The notes beneath the pieces are model-generated. The model saw only the letters and a program-made list of their open reading frames with translations. It was not told the origin of the DNA and made no database searches. A program made the translations under genes and the position numbers. Positions 8,701-16,099 of a stretch of DNA of 29,584 nucleotides are shown one piece after another. The first letter of the stretch is position 1, and each line of letters starts with the position of its first letter. The DNA comes from a virus (lineage: Duplodnaviria; Caudoviricetes): positions 1 to 29,584 of the IMG/VR virus record IMGVR_UViG_3300046003_004709, one strand, 5' to 3'.

Positions 8701-8899
8701 TGGAAACCTTTATAAAAAACTCCTGAATTATTAAAATAGTATTTTTATCAACAAAAAATTCTAAATCTTGTACTATTTCAGAATCATCGATTTTTGTCTT
8801 TTGAATTACTATAGATCCAAATGGATCTCCTTCTGTTTTTTCATAAACAATTTGAACCCTAGTATCGGGTATAAAAAGTGTCTTTTTATTCTCAATCAT
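8687..8899 (-). CDS. Hypothetical protein (70 aa)
   Basis: Overlaps the initiator start; first gene after the structured leader. Confidence 0.6.
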   Translation of the reverse strand: MIENKKTLFIPDTRVQIVYEKTEGDPFGSIVIQKTKIDDSEIVQDLEFFVDKNTILIIQEFFIKVSNEWI

Positions 8900-9030
8900 A
8901 AAAAATAAAAAACCTCACCCGACTTTCATTGGTGGAACCCGCAAGGATAAGCGGCCAATTACTGATCGAGTGAGGTCTGTTAAATTTCTTCATTTCCTTT
9001 TTTCCGAGTTCCAATCGGGCCTTTCGGCAA
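8900..9030 (-). ncRNA. Putative structured leader/attenuator RNA upstream of the replication operon
   Basis: GCC-GAAA-GGC 5' hairpin; 12-bp stem ACCTCACTCGAT/GTCGGGTGAGGT with nested ATTGG/CCAAT and CCGC/GCGG stems, followed by a U-tract; GC-rich relative to its surroundings. Confidence 0.65.
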
Positions 9031-9032
9031 TG

Positions 9033-9040
9033 CAAATATA
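9033..9040 (-). promoter_or_regulatory. Bacteroidota -7 promoter box TATATTTG
   Basis: Exact TAnnTTTG match immediately upstream of the structured leader. Confidence 0.7.
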
Positions 9041-9041
9041 A

Positions 9042-9617
9042 CTAAAAATACATTGCAGAAAGCCACAATGCAAAAAACATTAAACCGGATAATCCTAAAA
9101 CCATATTCCAAAACTTCAGCTTATCAATAATTTTAAAAGCTATTTTATTTTGCTTTTGCTCAGATTCAATTATTGAATGCAACTGGCTAAACTGCTTGTC
9201 CTTAGATTCAATGGTTTGATTAATTTCTTTTTTATAATCAACAAATTTTTCCAGAAAAGAAACTGATTCGTTTTCAAGTTCATCAATCCGTTGATTATTG
9301 ATCCTTTGAGCCACATCTCGCAGGTTCTCAGATTTTGCCAATTGAGTTTCCAGTTCTTCTTTGCGGATTTTTAAACGTCTTGAATATTCTTTGGAACTTT
9401 TTAAATCCCTTTCAAGAGTTTCAACTTTGGCAATGTATCGCAACACATTTGCAGACAAATAGAAAGCATCTCTAATAGGTCCATCAACTGTTAAATGGTA
9501 ATTAATAGCCCACCTTTCCAAACCATCTTCATCAACAATTTTATGGGATAAAATTAAACGACCCGCACCAACTCCAATTCGGAGACCTTGTATTAATTCA
9601 ATTGGTTGCTTTTTCAT
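9042..9617 (-). CDS. Coiled-coil protein with C-terminal transmembrane helix
   Basis: Charged helical middle region; hydrophobic FWNMVLGLSGLMFFALWLSAMYF end. Confidence 0.7.
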   Translation of the reverse strand: MKKQPIELIQGLRIGVGAGRLILSHKIVDEDGLERWAINYHLTVDGPIRDAFYLSANVLRYIAKVETLERDLKSSKEYSRRLKIRKEELETQLAKSENLRDVAQRINNQRIDELENESVSFLEKFVDYKKEINQTIESKDKQFSQLHSIIESEQKQNKIAFKIIDKLKFWNMVLGLSGLMFFALWLSAMYF

Positions 9618-9772
9618 TTTTTGTATGCTATAATGTTAAAATGTTCAAAAACCTTTTCAAGACCAATTTGATCTAAAATTTTCGCAATGTCGGCAGCCGT
9701 AATCTGAAGAGTTATTTTTTGAACCCCAAAAGGAACCACATTCACTTCTTCGCAATCGATATTAATATTCAT
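9614..9772 (-). CDS. Hypothetical protein (52 aa, MNINIDCEE...)
   Basis: The listed TTG 9799 lies inside the promoter box; ATG 9772 has an AACAAATAACAAA context; ATGA overlap with the next gene. Confidence 0.6.
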   Translation of the reverse strand: MNINIDCEEVNVVPFGVQKITLQITAADIAKILDQIGLEKVFEHFNIIAYKK

Positions 9773-9796
9773 TTTGTTATTTGTTAAAATTTTTGC

Positions 9797-9830
9797 CAAA
9801 GGTATAACTTTATTATTTTTCCTTGCAAGT
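9797..9830 (-). promoter_or_regulatory. Bacteroidota promoter (TTG ... TACCTTTG)
   Basis: Exact -7 box at 9797-9804 with TTG about 20 nt upstream inside a CTTGCAAG palindrome. Confidence 0.7.
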
Positions 9831-9832
9831 TT

Positions 9833-10255
9833 TTATGATAAATATTTGTCAATTTCAAAAATAAATTCATCTAAAGACCAAGTAATCAAAGTTTTGTAAC
9901 CTCGTTTTTTTGCATTTTCAAGGAATAATATTTGATGTTCAGTTGGTTTATTTTTGCCACATTTTAATTCAATAAAGAATCCGGCAAATCCTTTACGTGG
10001 TTCAAAAATAAGACAATCCGGAACTCCCTTTTTTACTCCTTTTTTAGTCAGGAAAATACCTTCCAAACTAAACGTAACCCCTTTTTTGGTTGTATAGGTT
10101 TTGGTCTTGCGTTCATTGGCTGGATGTGTCCACAATAGCCCTTTTAAATCCAGGTATTGAGCAACGGCAATCTGGAATTGATCCTCAGTTCCTTCATAGG
10201 GTTTAAATCCTCCTATTTGTTCACGTTTTAAAATTTTCATTGAAAATCTTGCCAT
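9833..10255 (-). CDS. VRR-NUC domain (PD-(D/E)xK) nuclease / resolvase-like protein
   Basis: EDQFQ, HPANE, GVKKGVPD, FIELK and KPTEHQ..F motifs. Confidence 0.85.
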   Translation of the reverse strand: MARFSMKILKREQIGGFKPYEGTEDQFQIAVAQYLDLKGLLWTHPANERKTKTYTTKKGVTFSLEGIFLTKKGVKKGVPDCLIFEPRKGFAGFFIELKCGKNKPTEHQILFLENAKKRGYKTLITWSLDEFIFEIDKYLS

Positions 10256-10314
10256 TAATTTGCGAATGTAATTTTAAGTAAGCTACTTTGCAACTTTCTA
10301 AAATAAAAATAGGA

Positions 10315-10548
10315 ATGGCAAAAGCGGAAAAAGTAGTAAGTATTTTAACATGGGCAGAATTTGCAAGGAAGTATAGCATTCCAGACTATTGCCTGTCAAA
10401 GAAAAAGTATTTGTTTGAAACGGACCCGGGCCATGATAAGCCTAAACCATTCGACAATGAATATAATATTAAACTGGCAAATCAAATTATGTCAGAGGCT
10501 CAAAAAAGGCCAAATGCAAAAGGCAAAAAGAAGCCTGTAAAATCTTGA
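10315..10548 (+). CDS. Small basic protein, possible HTH-type DNA-binding regulator
   Basis: ATG 10315 preferred; LTWAEFARKYSIPDYCLS resembles an HTH start; Lys-rich tail; divergent from the nuclease gene. Confidence 0.45.
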   Translation: MAKAEKVVSILTWAEFARKYSIPDYCLSKKKYLFETDPGHDKPKPFDNEYNIKLANQIMSEAQKRPNAKGKKKPVKS

Positions 10549-10580
10549 TGTCCATAAAACAAGTTGTTAAATAATTAAAC

Positions 10581-10610
10581 TAGCCTGAATTTTTCGGGCT
10601 ATTTTTTTTT
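10581..10610 (+). terminator. Intrinsic terminator
   Basis: TAGCCTGAA...TTCGGGCTA stem followed by T9. Confidence 0.85.
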
Positions 10611-10639
10611 GATCTTTTTTTAATTATTTATTTGGAAAA

Positions 10640-10671
10640 CTTGCAAGATTAAAAAGTTAATTATATCTTTG
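10640..10671 (+). promoter_or_regulatory. Bacteroidota promoter (TTG-N20-TATCTTTG)
   Basis: Exact -7 box at 10664-10671; TTG at 10641 inside CTTGCAAG. Confidence 0.8.
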
Positions 10672-10698
10672 CAGCATCAAATTTTAACACTTACAAAA

Positions 10699-11043
10699 AT
10701 GACAGAACAAAATTTAAAAGCTTTCTTTCAATTATCAATAGACGAAAGCATTGACCTTGGACTAATATCGGTTGTAAACAAACCAACTGCAAAACAATTT
10801 CAAGACTGTTTACCAGAGGCATACGAGCCTAATAAAACTTTTTCCGATGGAACTTACTCAATGGATGTTTATTTCGCCTTTGATCGGGTTTATGGCATTG
10901 ATTCAGGTGGTTACGCTTATTGTGTTGCTGGCTTAGATGAAATCAAAGAAATCTATGATAACAAAATAGATGAATATGAAATGGAAATCGAGCAAGCTAA
11001 AGAAGACGAAAAAGATTTAGCAAGCTGGTTATCACATCAATAA
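10699..11043 (+). CDS. Acidic hypothetical protein (114 aa)
   Basis: The listed TTG 10669 is part of the promoter; ATG 10699 has an A-rich context; bounded by its own promoter and terminator. Confidence 0.7.
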   Translation: MTEQNLKAFFQLSIDESIDLGLISVVNKPTAKQFQDCLPEAYEPNKTFSDGTYSMDVYFAFDRVYGIDSGGYAYCVAGLDEIKEIYDNKIDEYEMEIEQAKEDEKDLASWLSHQ

Positions 11044-11046
11044 AAT

Positions 11047-11064
11047 AAGGGCTTCGGCCCTTTT
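11047..11064 (+). terminator. Intrinsic terminator with UUCG tetraloop
   Basis: AAGGGC-TTCG-GCCCTT followed by further Ts. Confidence 0.8.
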
Positions 11065-11095
11065 AAATTTCACATAAAATTTTTAACTTTAGCAA

Positions 11096-11968
11096 ATGGA
11101 AAACAAATCAAATCAGGTAGTTACTGCCAAACAATTCTTTATGCAGGATGCAGTAAAGAAAAAATTTGATGAGCTTTTAGGGAAGCGTTCATCAGCATTT
11201 ATGACATCGGTTTTGCAAATTGTGAGCAATAACTCATATCTGCAAAATGCAAGTCCTCAAAGCGTATTTAATGCGGCCTGTGTTGCGGCTACTTTAGACT
11301 TGCCAATAAACAACAATTTAGGTTTTGCATACATTGTGCCATACGGTAAAGATGCTCAATTTCAAATGGGCTATCGGGGCTTTATTCAATTGGCTCAAAG
11401 GTCGGGACAATTTCTTACCATTTCAGCAAGTCCTATTTTTGAAGGGCAATTAATTGAAGAAAATCCATTAACCGGATTTGTATTTGATTTTAAGCAGCCA
11501 AAAAAAGGGAACCCAATTGGATATGCTTCTTATTTCAAGTTGTTAAACGGTTTTGAAAAAACTTTATACATGACCACTGAGGAATTGAATCAGCATGGCA
11601 GACGCTTTAGCCAGACCTTTAAATCTGGTCGGGGCTTATGGAAGGATGATTTTGATTCAATGGCTCTTAAAACGGTTTTAAAACTGCTTCTTTCAAAGTT
11701 TGCCCCTTTGTCCGTTGAAATGCAAAAAGCTGTTATTACAGATCAGGGAGTAATTGACAATCCCGATACTTTGGAAGTTTCTTATATTGACAATTCAGAA
11801 CCAGAAATTAATCATGAAGTTGAAAGGGCCACAAAATTAATTGAACGGCAAACCTCAATTGACGAACTTGAAAAGCTTTTGGAATCGTTTTCGGACGAAT
11901 TGAAAATCGAATTGCATCCAGTTATTGAAAACCATAAAATCTTTATAATAGATGCAAACAAAGCCTAA
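11096..11968 (+). CDS. recT: RecT-family single-strand annealing recombinase
   Basis: AATLDLPINNNLGFAYIVPY, AQFQMGYRGFIQLAQRSGQ and W..DFDSMALKTVLK motifs. Confidence 0.92.
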   Translation: MENKSNQVVTAKQFFMQDAVKKKFDELLGKRSSAFMTSVLQIVSNNSYLQNASPQSVFNAACVAATLDLPINNNLGFAYIVPYGKDAQFQMGYRGFIQLAQRSGQFLTISASPIFEGQLIEENPLTGFVFDFKQPKKGNPIGYASYFKLLNGFEKTLYMTTEELNQHGRRFSQTFKSGRGLWKDDFDSMALKTVLKLLLSKFAPLSVEMQKAVITDQGVIDNPDTLEVSYIDNSEPEINHEVERATKLIERQTSIDELEKLLESFSDELKIELHPVIENHKIFIIDANKA

Positions 11969-12734
11969 ATTCAGAGCAAGTGGAAACGGTCATTTAATGA
12001 CTGAGCCCAAATTGAAAGCAGATAAAGACGCTGGTAATTTAAGCGAAGGTGCAAAAACCCATGTTATAAATACATGGGTTTCGTGGAAGTACAAAAGGAA
12101 TGAAGAAATTTATTCAAAGTACATCGAAAAAGGAAATGAGGTTGAAGAGGATGCGATTACAACGGTTTCTTTGGCTTCTAATGTGAATTTTGTGAAAAAT
12201 GAAATAACTTTTGAAAACGAATGGATTTGCGGAACTCCTGACTTTCTTATAAAAGACAAAGAGGGCAAAATAATTACCATTGAGGACACAAAGGCAAGTT
12301 GGGATATTTACAGTTTTAACCGTTCTAAAAATAAACCATTAAATAAGCTGTATTACTGGCAAATGCAGTCCTATATGTGGTTAACATGCGCAACAATGGC
12401 AAACATTCGCTATTGCCTTGAAAATGCTACTGCCGACCTTATTTTGGATGAAAAACGAAAATTAGCTTATGCTATGCGATGCCTTGGTGAACAAGATACA
12501 AATCCAGAATACAAGGCAAAATGTGCTCAATTGGAAAGGCTAATGATTTACGACATGAAGTCTTTTAGAAATCGTTATCCTGGATTTGATTTTGATTGTA
12601 ATTTAGCGGAATGGAAATACGATGTTCCCGAAAATGAAAGACTTTATACAATTCCGATTTATAGAAATGATTCTGATATTGAAAACCTGAGATCTAAAGT
12701 TATTAAGGCCTGGGAATTTATGGAAAATTTGTAA
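11952..12734 (+). CDS. YqaJ / lambda-exonuclease-like recombination nuclease
   Basis: FRAS, KGNEVE, GTPD, EDTK and YYWQMQSYMWLT motifs; paired with recT. Confidence 0.85.
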   Translation: MQTKPKFRASGNGHLMTEPKLKADKDAGNLSEGAKTHVINTWVSWKYKRNEEIYSKYIEKGNEVEEDAITTVSLASNVNFVKNEITFENEWICGTPDFLIKDKEGKIITIEDTKASWDIYSFNRSKNKPLNKLYYWQMQSYMWLTCATMANIRYCLENATADLILDEKRKLAYAMRCLGEQDTNPEYKAKCAQLERLMIYDMKSFRNRYPGFDFDCNLAEWKYDVPENERLYTIPIYRNDSDIENLRSKVIKAWEFMENL

Positions 12735-12760
12735 TTGTTAAATTTGGTGTACAGATAATG

Positions 12761-12790
12761 AAAAAAGCCCCGATTTTGTCAGGGCTTTTT
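12761..12790. terminator. Bidirectional intrinsic terminator between exonuclease and capsid genes
   Basis: AAAAAAGCCC...GGGCTTTTT. Confidence 0.85.
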
Positions 12791-12797
12791 CTATTTT

Positions 12798-12866
12798 GGC
12801 CAATTAGCTGAAGCCATCCGAAAAACCATCGGAAAAGGCGTTTCCTAACTGGCCTGATTGAAAACC
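12798..12866 (-). promoter_or_regulatory. Putative -1 programmed ribosomal frameshift signal at the capsid 3' end
   Basis: G_GTT_TTC heptamer (12866-12860), 5-nt spacer AATCA, stem GGCCAGTTAG/CTAATTGGCC; -1 frame reads QSGQLGNAFSDGFSDGFS* with stop at 12804-12806. Confidence 0.75.
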
Positions 12867-13993
12867 GCTTGGAATGTTCCGTTTACACCGCTTAAATAAT
12901 CGCTTGACTTGAACAACTCCATTTCAGGAATGTAAAGTTCAAAGTGCAAACCAAATTTAACCTGGTAAATTTCATCACATTCAACTGGCAAGATTTTAAC
13001 ATCTACCTCAAGCCCGGGAGCTGTTGGAATTGGCATTGTGAACCTATCCATTACGCCAATTTTACCAAATGATCCAACATACTGTAAGTATGGAAGGAAA
13101 TTGGCAGAACCTGGCATAAAGATCAAGGCATCATTTTCAGATCCCAAAACGTCAGCAATATTTTGATCAACAAAATAACGACTGATTTGATTTGCATTTG
13201 CAACAAGTGAACCGTAATCAACACCATTGGCACCCTGACCAAAGTATTCAGCGTTTTGAGCAACTATTCGATCCAAAGGACCAAAACCAGAAATTGTATG
13301 AGGCGTTCCCATCAACATTTGCTGTCTAAGGTCTTGCTTCCATCGGAACAATTCACCAGCATCTACCGTTCCGTTTCCACTTGCATAAGCAGCAGCAGTT
13401 TGAACGGTGTATGTTTTTGAAGCGGATCCGCCCTTCCAGTCACCAACTTTTGAAACAAAGTCATTCAATAGAATAACATTCATTTTTTGGATCAATGAAT
13501 CGTAAGATAAAGAGAAGTTCAAAGTGATTTCTCGTATTGCCTGAATGATTTGACGACCTTCTGGAAGGTTACGACCAATCATTACCATTTGAGCTGGAAT
13601 GTTTGATCCTGTAATGCTTTGCAATCTTGTAACCAAGTCAGGATAAAGCCTGATCTGAGCCTCAGAAATTGTAAAACCTGCAGCTGCTTGTTGCGTGATT
13701 GTTACCGTTTCTTCCAAGTATGGCATTTCATCGCCAAACTCGCAACCATCCATTTCAAGATCAGGATTATCTGCAAGGGTTAAACGCTGCTTAGTAGCAA
13801 CCCGTACCTCTCTGATATGTCCTGTTCCATTATCATTTGCCAGCCTTAATTGCTGTGCATACGATCTGTTTTCAGGTGTTAATAAAGCACCCAAAATACC
13901 TGTGTTTGTCCTTGCAGACAAAGCATTTGTTATGCCATCATCAGAGGCTAATATCAAAAGAGCCGCCTGAACATAGGCTAAATTTACTGACAT
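12845..13993 (-). CDS. Major capsid protein (probable)
   Basis: 382 aa, last gene of the morphogenesis region, directly after a scaffold-like gene and before a terminator; size and composition fit. Fold not verified. Confidence 0.75.
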   Translation of the reverse strand: MSVNLAYVQAALLILASDDGITNALSARTNTGILGALLTPENRSYAQQLRLANDNGTGHIREVRVATKQRLTLADNPDLEMDGCEFGDEMPYLEETVTITQQAAAGFTISEAQIRLYPDLVTRLQSITGSNIPAQMVMIGRNLPEGRQIIQAIREITLNFSLSYDSLIQKMNVILLNDFVSKVGDWKGGSASKTYTVQTAAAYASGNGTVDAGELFRWKQDLRQQMLMGTPHTISGFGPLDRIVAQNAEYFGQGANGVDYGSLVANANQISRYFVDQNIADVLGSENDALIFMPGSANFLPYLQYVGSFGKIGVMDRFTMPIPTAPGLEVDVKILPVECDEIYQVKFGLHFELYIPEMELFKSSDYLSGVNGTFQAVFNQAS

Positions 13994-13996
13994 TTT

Positions 13997-14899
13997 TTAT
14001 TGTTTGGAAAAATCGACAGCCTTATTTGCGCTGCCTAAAGAACTCAGAATGTATTCTGGAATCTTTGGTTCGTTGCCTTGTCCACCAGTAGGTGGTACAA
14101 AAAATGGATTGCCTGGATTTGGGTTTCCTGCACCACCAGGAATTTCAATATCCAAAAGTTTATGTTCTTGCAAAGCTAAAGGAAATAATGTTTGGTAATC
14201 CAAAATTTTTCCATCTTTAGACACCTGCATTGAAGCATCATTTGCGTTTACAATATTAAAGGTTCGTTTGTCAGCATCAAAAACAAGTTTTCCACCTGAC
14301 TTCTCAACTTCTTTATTTATTGCATTTTTTAAAGCAATAGATCGAATATCTTCCGGAATAGCTTTATTCCATTTGACTTTTCCGATTTCATTTTGCCATG
14401 TCAAATCCTCAAATTGAGATTCGTATTTACTTTTTAAAGCAGTGATTTCTTCAACTTTGGATTTTTCTAAGGCAAGGACTTTGTTTTGTTCCTCTTGAAT
14501 TTGCCTCATGAATTCCTCACTACCTTTTTGCTTTTTTCCAGCTTCTTTAAGGATCTCGTTTGCCGCTTCCAAGTAAAGATTTACCCTCTTTCCGCTGGAT
14601 TGAGTTTCTGCATGAATTTCAGCAATTTTAGTATCACTTACTCCCATTGCTTTTGCTCTTTCCATTGCGCCTTGTTCAATCCCTGGTAACATTTGACCAG
14701 CAAAATGCTTCTTGAGTTCGTCCTTGGTTTTTGCAACCTCCAAAGTCCAAAGGTTATCGACAATGAAATTGACAGCCACATCGGGAATATCGAACCCAGC
14801 CAAAGCATCTTTATTGGCTTCCAAAAATTCAGTCAATTCCTTTTGACTTTCAATGCCAGCACTTTTGGCTTGACGCTTTAAAAAATCTGCGATTTTCAT
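13997..14899 (-). CDS. Capsid scaffold protein (probable)
   Basis: Charged, helical, Pro/Gly-rich C-terminal linker; 3 nt upstream of the capsid gene. Confidence 0.65.
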   Translation of the reverse strand: MKIADFLKRQAKSAGIESQKELTEFLEANKDALAGFDIPDVAVNFIVDNLWTLEVAKTKDELKKHFAGQMLPGIEQGAMERAKAMGVSDTKIAEIHAETQSSGKRVNLYLEAANEILKEAGKKQKGSEEFMRQIQEEQNKVLALEKSKVEEITALKSKYESQFEDLTWQNEIGKVKWNKAIPEDIRSIALKNAINKEVEKSGGKLVFDADKRTFNIVNANDASMQVSKDGKILDYQTLFPLALQEHKLLDIEIPGGAGNPNPGNPFFVPPTGGQGNEPKIPEYILSSLGSANKAVDFSKQ

Positions 14900-15366
14900 T
14901 ATTCTGGATTTAAAGTTTCGGTTTCTAATGTTTCGGCTTCCGGTTCATCATTTTTCAATTTCACCTTTCCATGAATTGCACCTTTATTTTTAAGGTATTC
15001 CAGCATTTCAGCATCCGACATTTGAGGGCTTAAAACTGGATCCAAAGATTTAACTGGTTCAGATACTTTTTCAAATCCAGCATCTTTTAAAGCTTGAATT
15101 AAAGCAGGGTCAGACAAAGAATTTTTATCAAATCTTGGTTCAAAATTATCTTGGGTAAATTCACCAGCTTTTTCAAGATAAACCCTTTTCCATCCTGAAC
15201 TTCTTCTTTCAAATGGTAATGAAAGGTTTTTGTAAACCAGTTTAGCAAGGAATTCCCTTGTGTTCCAGATCACCTTTCCTGTTTTTGGGTTTACCAGTTT
15301 GCGAAAAACAGTAACCATTGCCAAAGGGTTTTTTTGTGCCTTTGCCTTTACTTCTTCTAAAGTCAT
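14899..15366 (-). CDS. Hypothetical head-module protein
   Basis: Start MTLEE at 15366 avoids overlap with GT25; TAATG overlap with the scaffold start. Confidence 0.6.
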   Translation of the reverse strand: MTLEEVKAKAQKNPLAMVTVFRKLVNPKTGKVIWNTREFLAKLVYKNLSLPFERRSSGWKRVYLEKAGEFTQDNFEPRFDKNSLSDPALIQALKDAGFEKVSEPVKSLDPVLSPQMSDAEMLEYLKNKGAIHGKVKLKNDEPEAETLETETLNPE

Positions 15367-15376
15367 ATATTTATTA

Positions 15377-16039
15377 TTAAGATGTATGATGAATTTGAGA
15401 TGGTGCAACTTTTAAAGGTTGCTGAGTTATTTTACCAGGCATAAAACCGTAAGTTTTAAACATGGATTGTATGCCTGTTAATTGCCAATCTAGGCCGCCT
15501 GTTTGCGTTTGAGTTTCTTCCAATAAGATTTGACAGGCTTTTTGATTTATGCAATAAGCATGAGTAAGCCACATGCCGGAACCGGACCAAAGACCATGAA
15601 AGTTTTCGTTTTTTACAATTTCAATTGAATCTTCAATAGATGCCTTATTCCTTATAAACCCAAAGTTTACGAAATCCCAATCGGGCATTTTATCCCAATT
15701 TTTAAAGATTGACAAATCGGAAAACAAAGCATCGTCCTCAAGTATTAAACAGTTTTCAAAACCAGATTCTAAAAACTTATGCCATGTTTTTCTATGGCTT
15801 GAAAAACAACCGACTTCCGATATAGAAACGGCCCCACGTCTTAGGTTCTTTTTTCGATACGAATTGTCAATAAAATGGCTTGGGTTAGATCCATCGTCTG
15901 CAATTATCCATTCTGGTTTATTGCCGCTTTTATCTTTTATTTCAAGTCTATCAAATTGCTCAATCAGTAACTTTCGCCTTTTCAGGCCGCTTGATTTGTT
16001 TAGGCTAATAAAATAAATGTGATCGAATGGCAAAACCAT
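15377..16039 (-). CDS. Glycosyltransferase family 25
   Basis: IYFISL...RR, EVGCFSSHRKTW, LILEDDA and THAYCIN..A motifs. Confidence 0.9.
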   Translation of the reverse strand: MVLPFDHIYFISLNKSSGLKRRKLLIEQFDRLEIKDKSGNKPEWIIADDGSNPSHFIDNSYRKKNLRRGAVSISEVGCFSSHRKTWHKFLESGFENCLILEDDALFSDLSIFKNWDKMPDWDFVNFGFIRNKASIEDSIEIVKNENFHGLWSGSGMWLTHAYCINQKACQILLEETQTQTGGLDWQLTGIQSMFKTYGFMPGKITQQPLKVAPSQIHHTS

Positions 16040-16043
16040 GCAA

Positions 16044-16051
16044 CAAAAGTA
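16044..16051 (-). promoter_or_regulatory. -7 box TACTTTTG, 4 nt before the GT25 ATG
   Basis: Exact TAnnTTTG match. Confidence 0.65.
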
Positions 16052-16099
16052 AATATAAGTATTTGAAAATTCAAATAGTTAAATACTTAGCTGCTTTTT

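Noticed and set aside
8900-9030. Structured region as a tRNA
   Set aside because: No cloverleaf arms, T-loop context or CCA end; it ends in a terminator-like U-tract.
9042-9617. Membrane-anchored coiled-coil protein as spanin or holin
   Set aside because: C-terminal anchor, early-region location and no adjacent endolysin.
12808-12840. Hairpin after the capsid stop as the terminator
   Set aside because: A better bidirectional terminator lies at 12761-12790; this hairpin's spacing from the slippery heptamer fits a frameshift stimulator, although a dual role is not excluded.
12791-12847. Stop-codon readthrough or TAG recoding at the capsid end
   Set aside because: In-frame readthrough gives ETPFPMVFRMASANWPK with no recognisable motif, whereas the -1 frame gives the shared tag. 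Genes across the window are intact under the standard code.
13695-14881. Short plus-strand ORFs opposite the capsid and scaffold genes (and similar ones opposite dnaB, tail and tape measure genes)
   Set aside because: Nested antisense to long, well-supported genes, with no motifs or expression signals.
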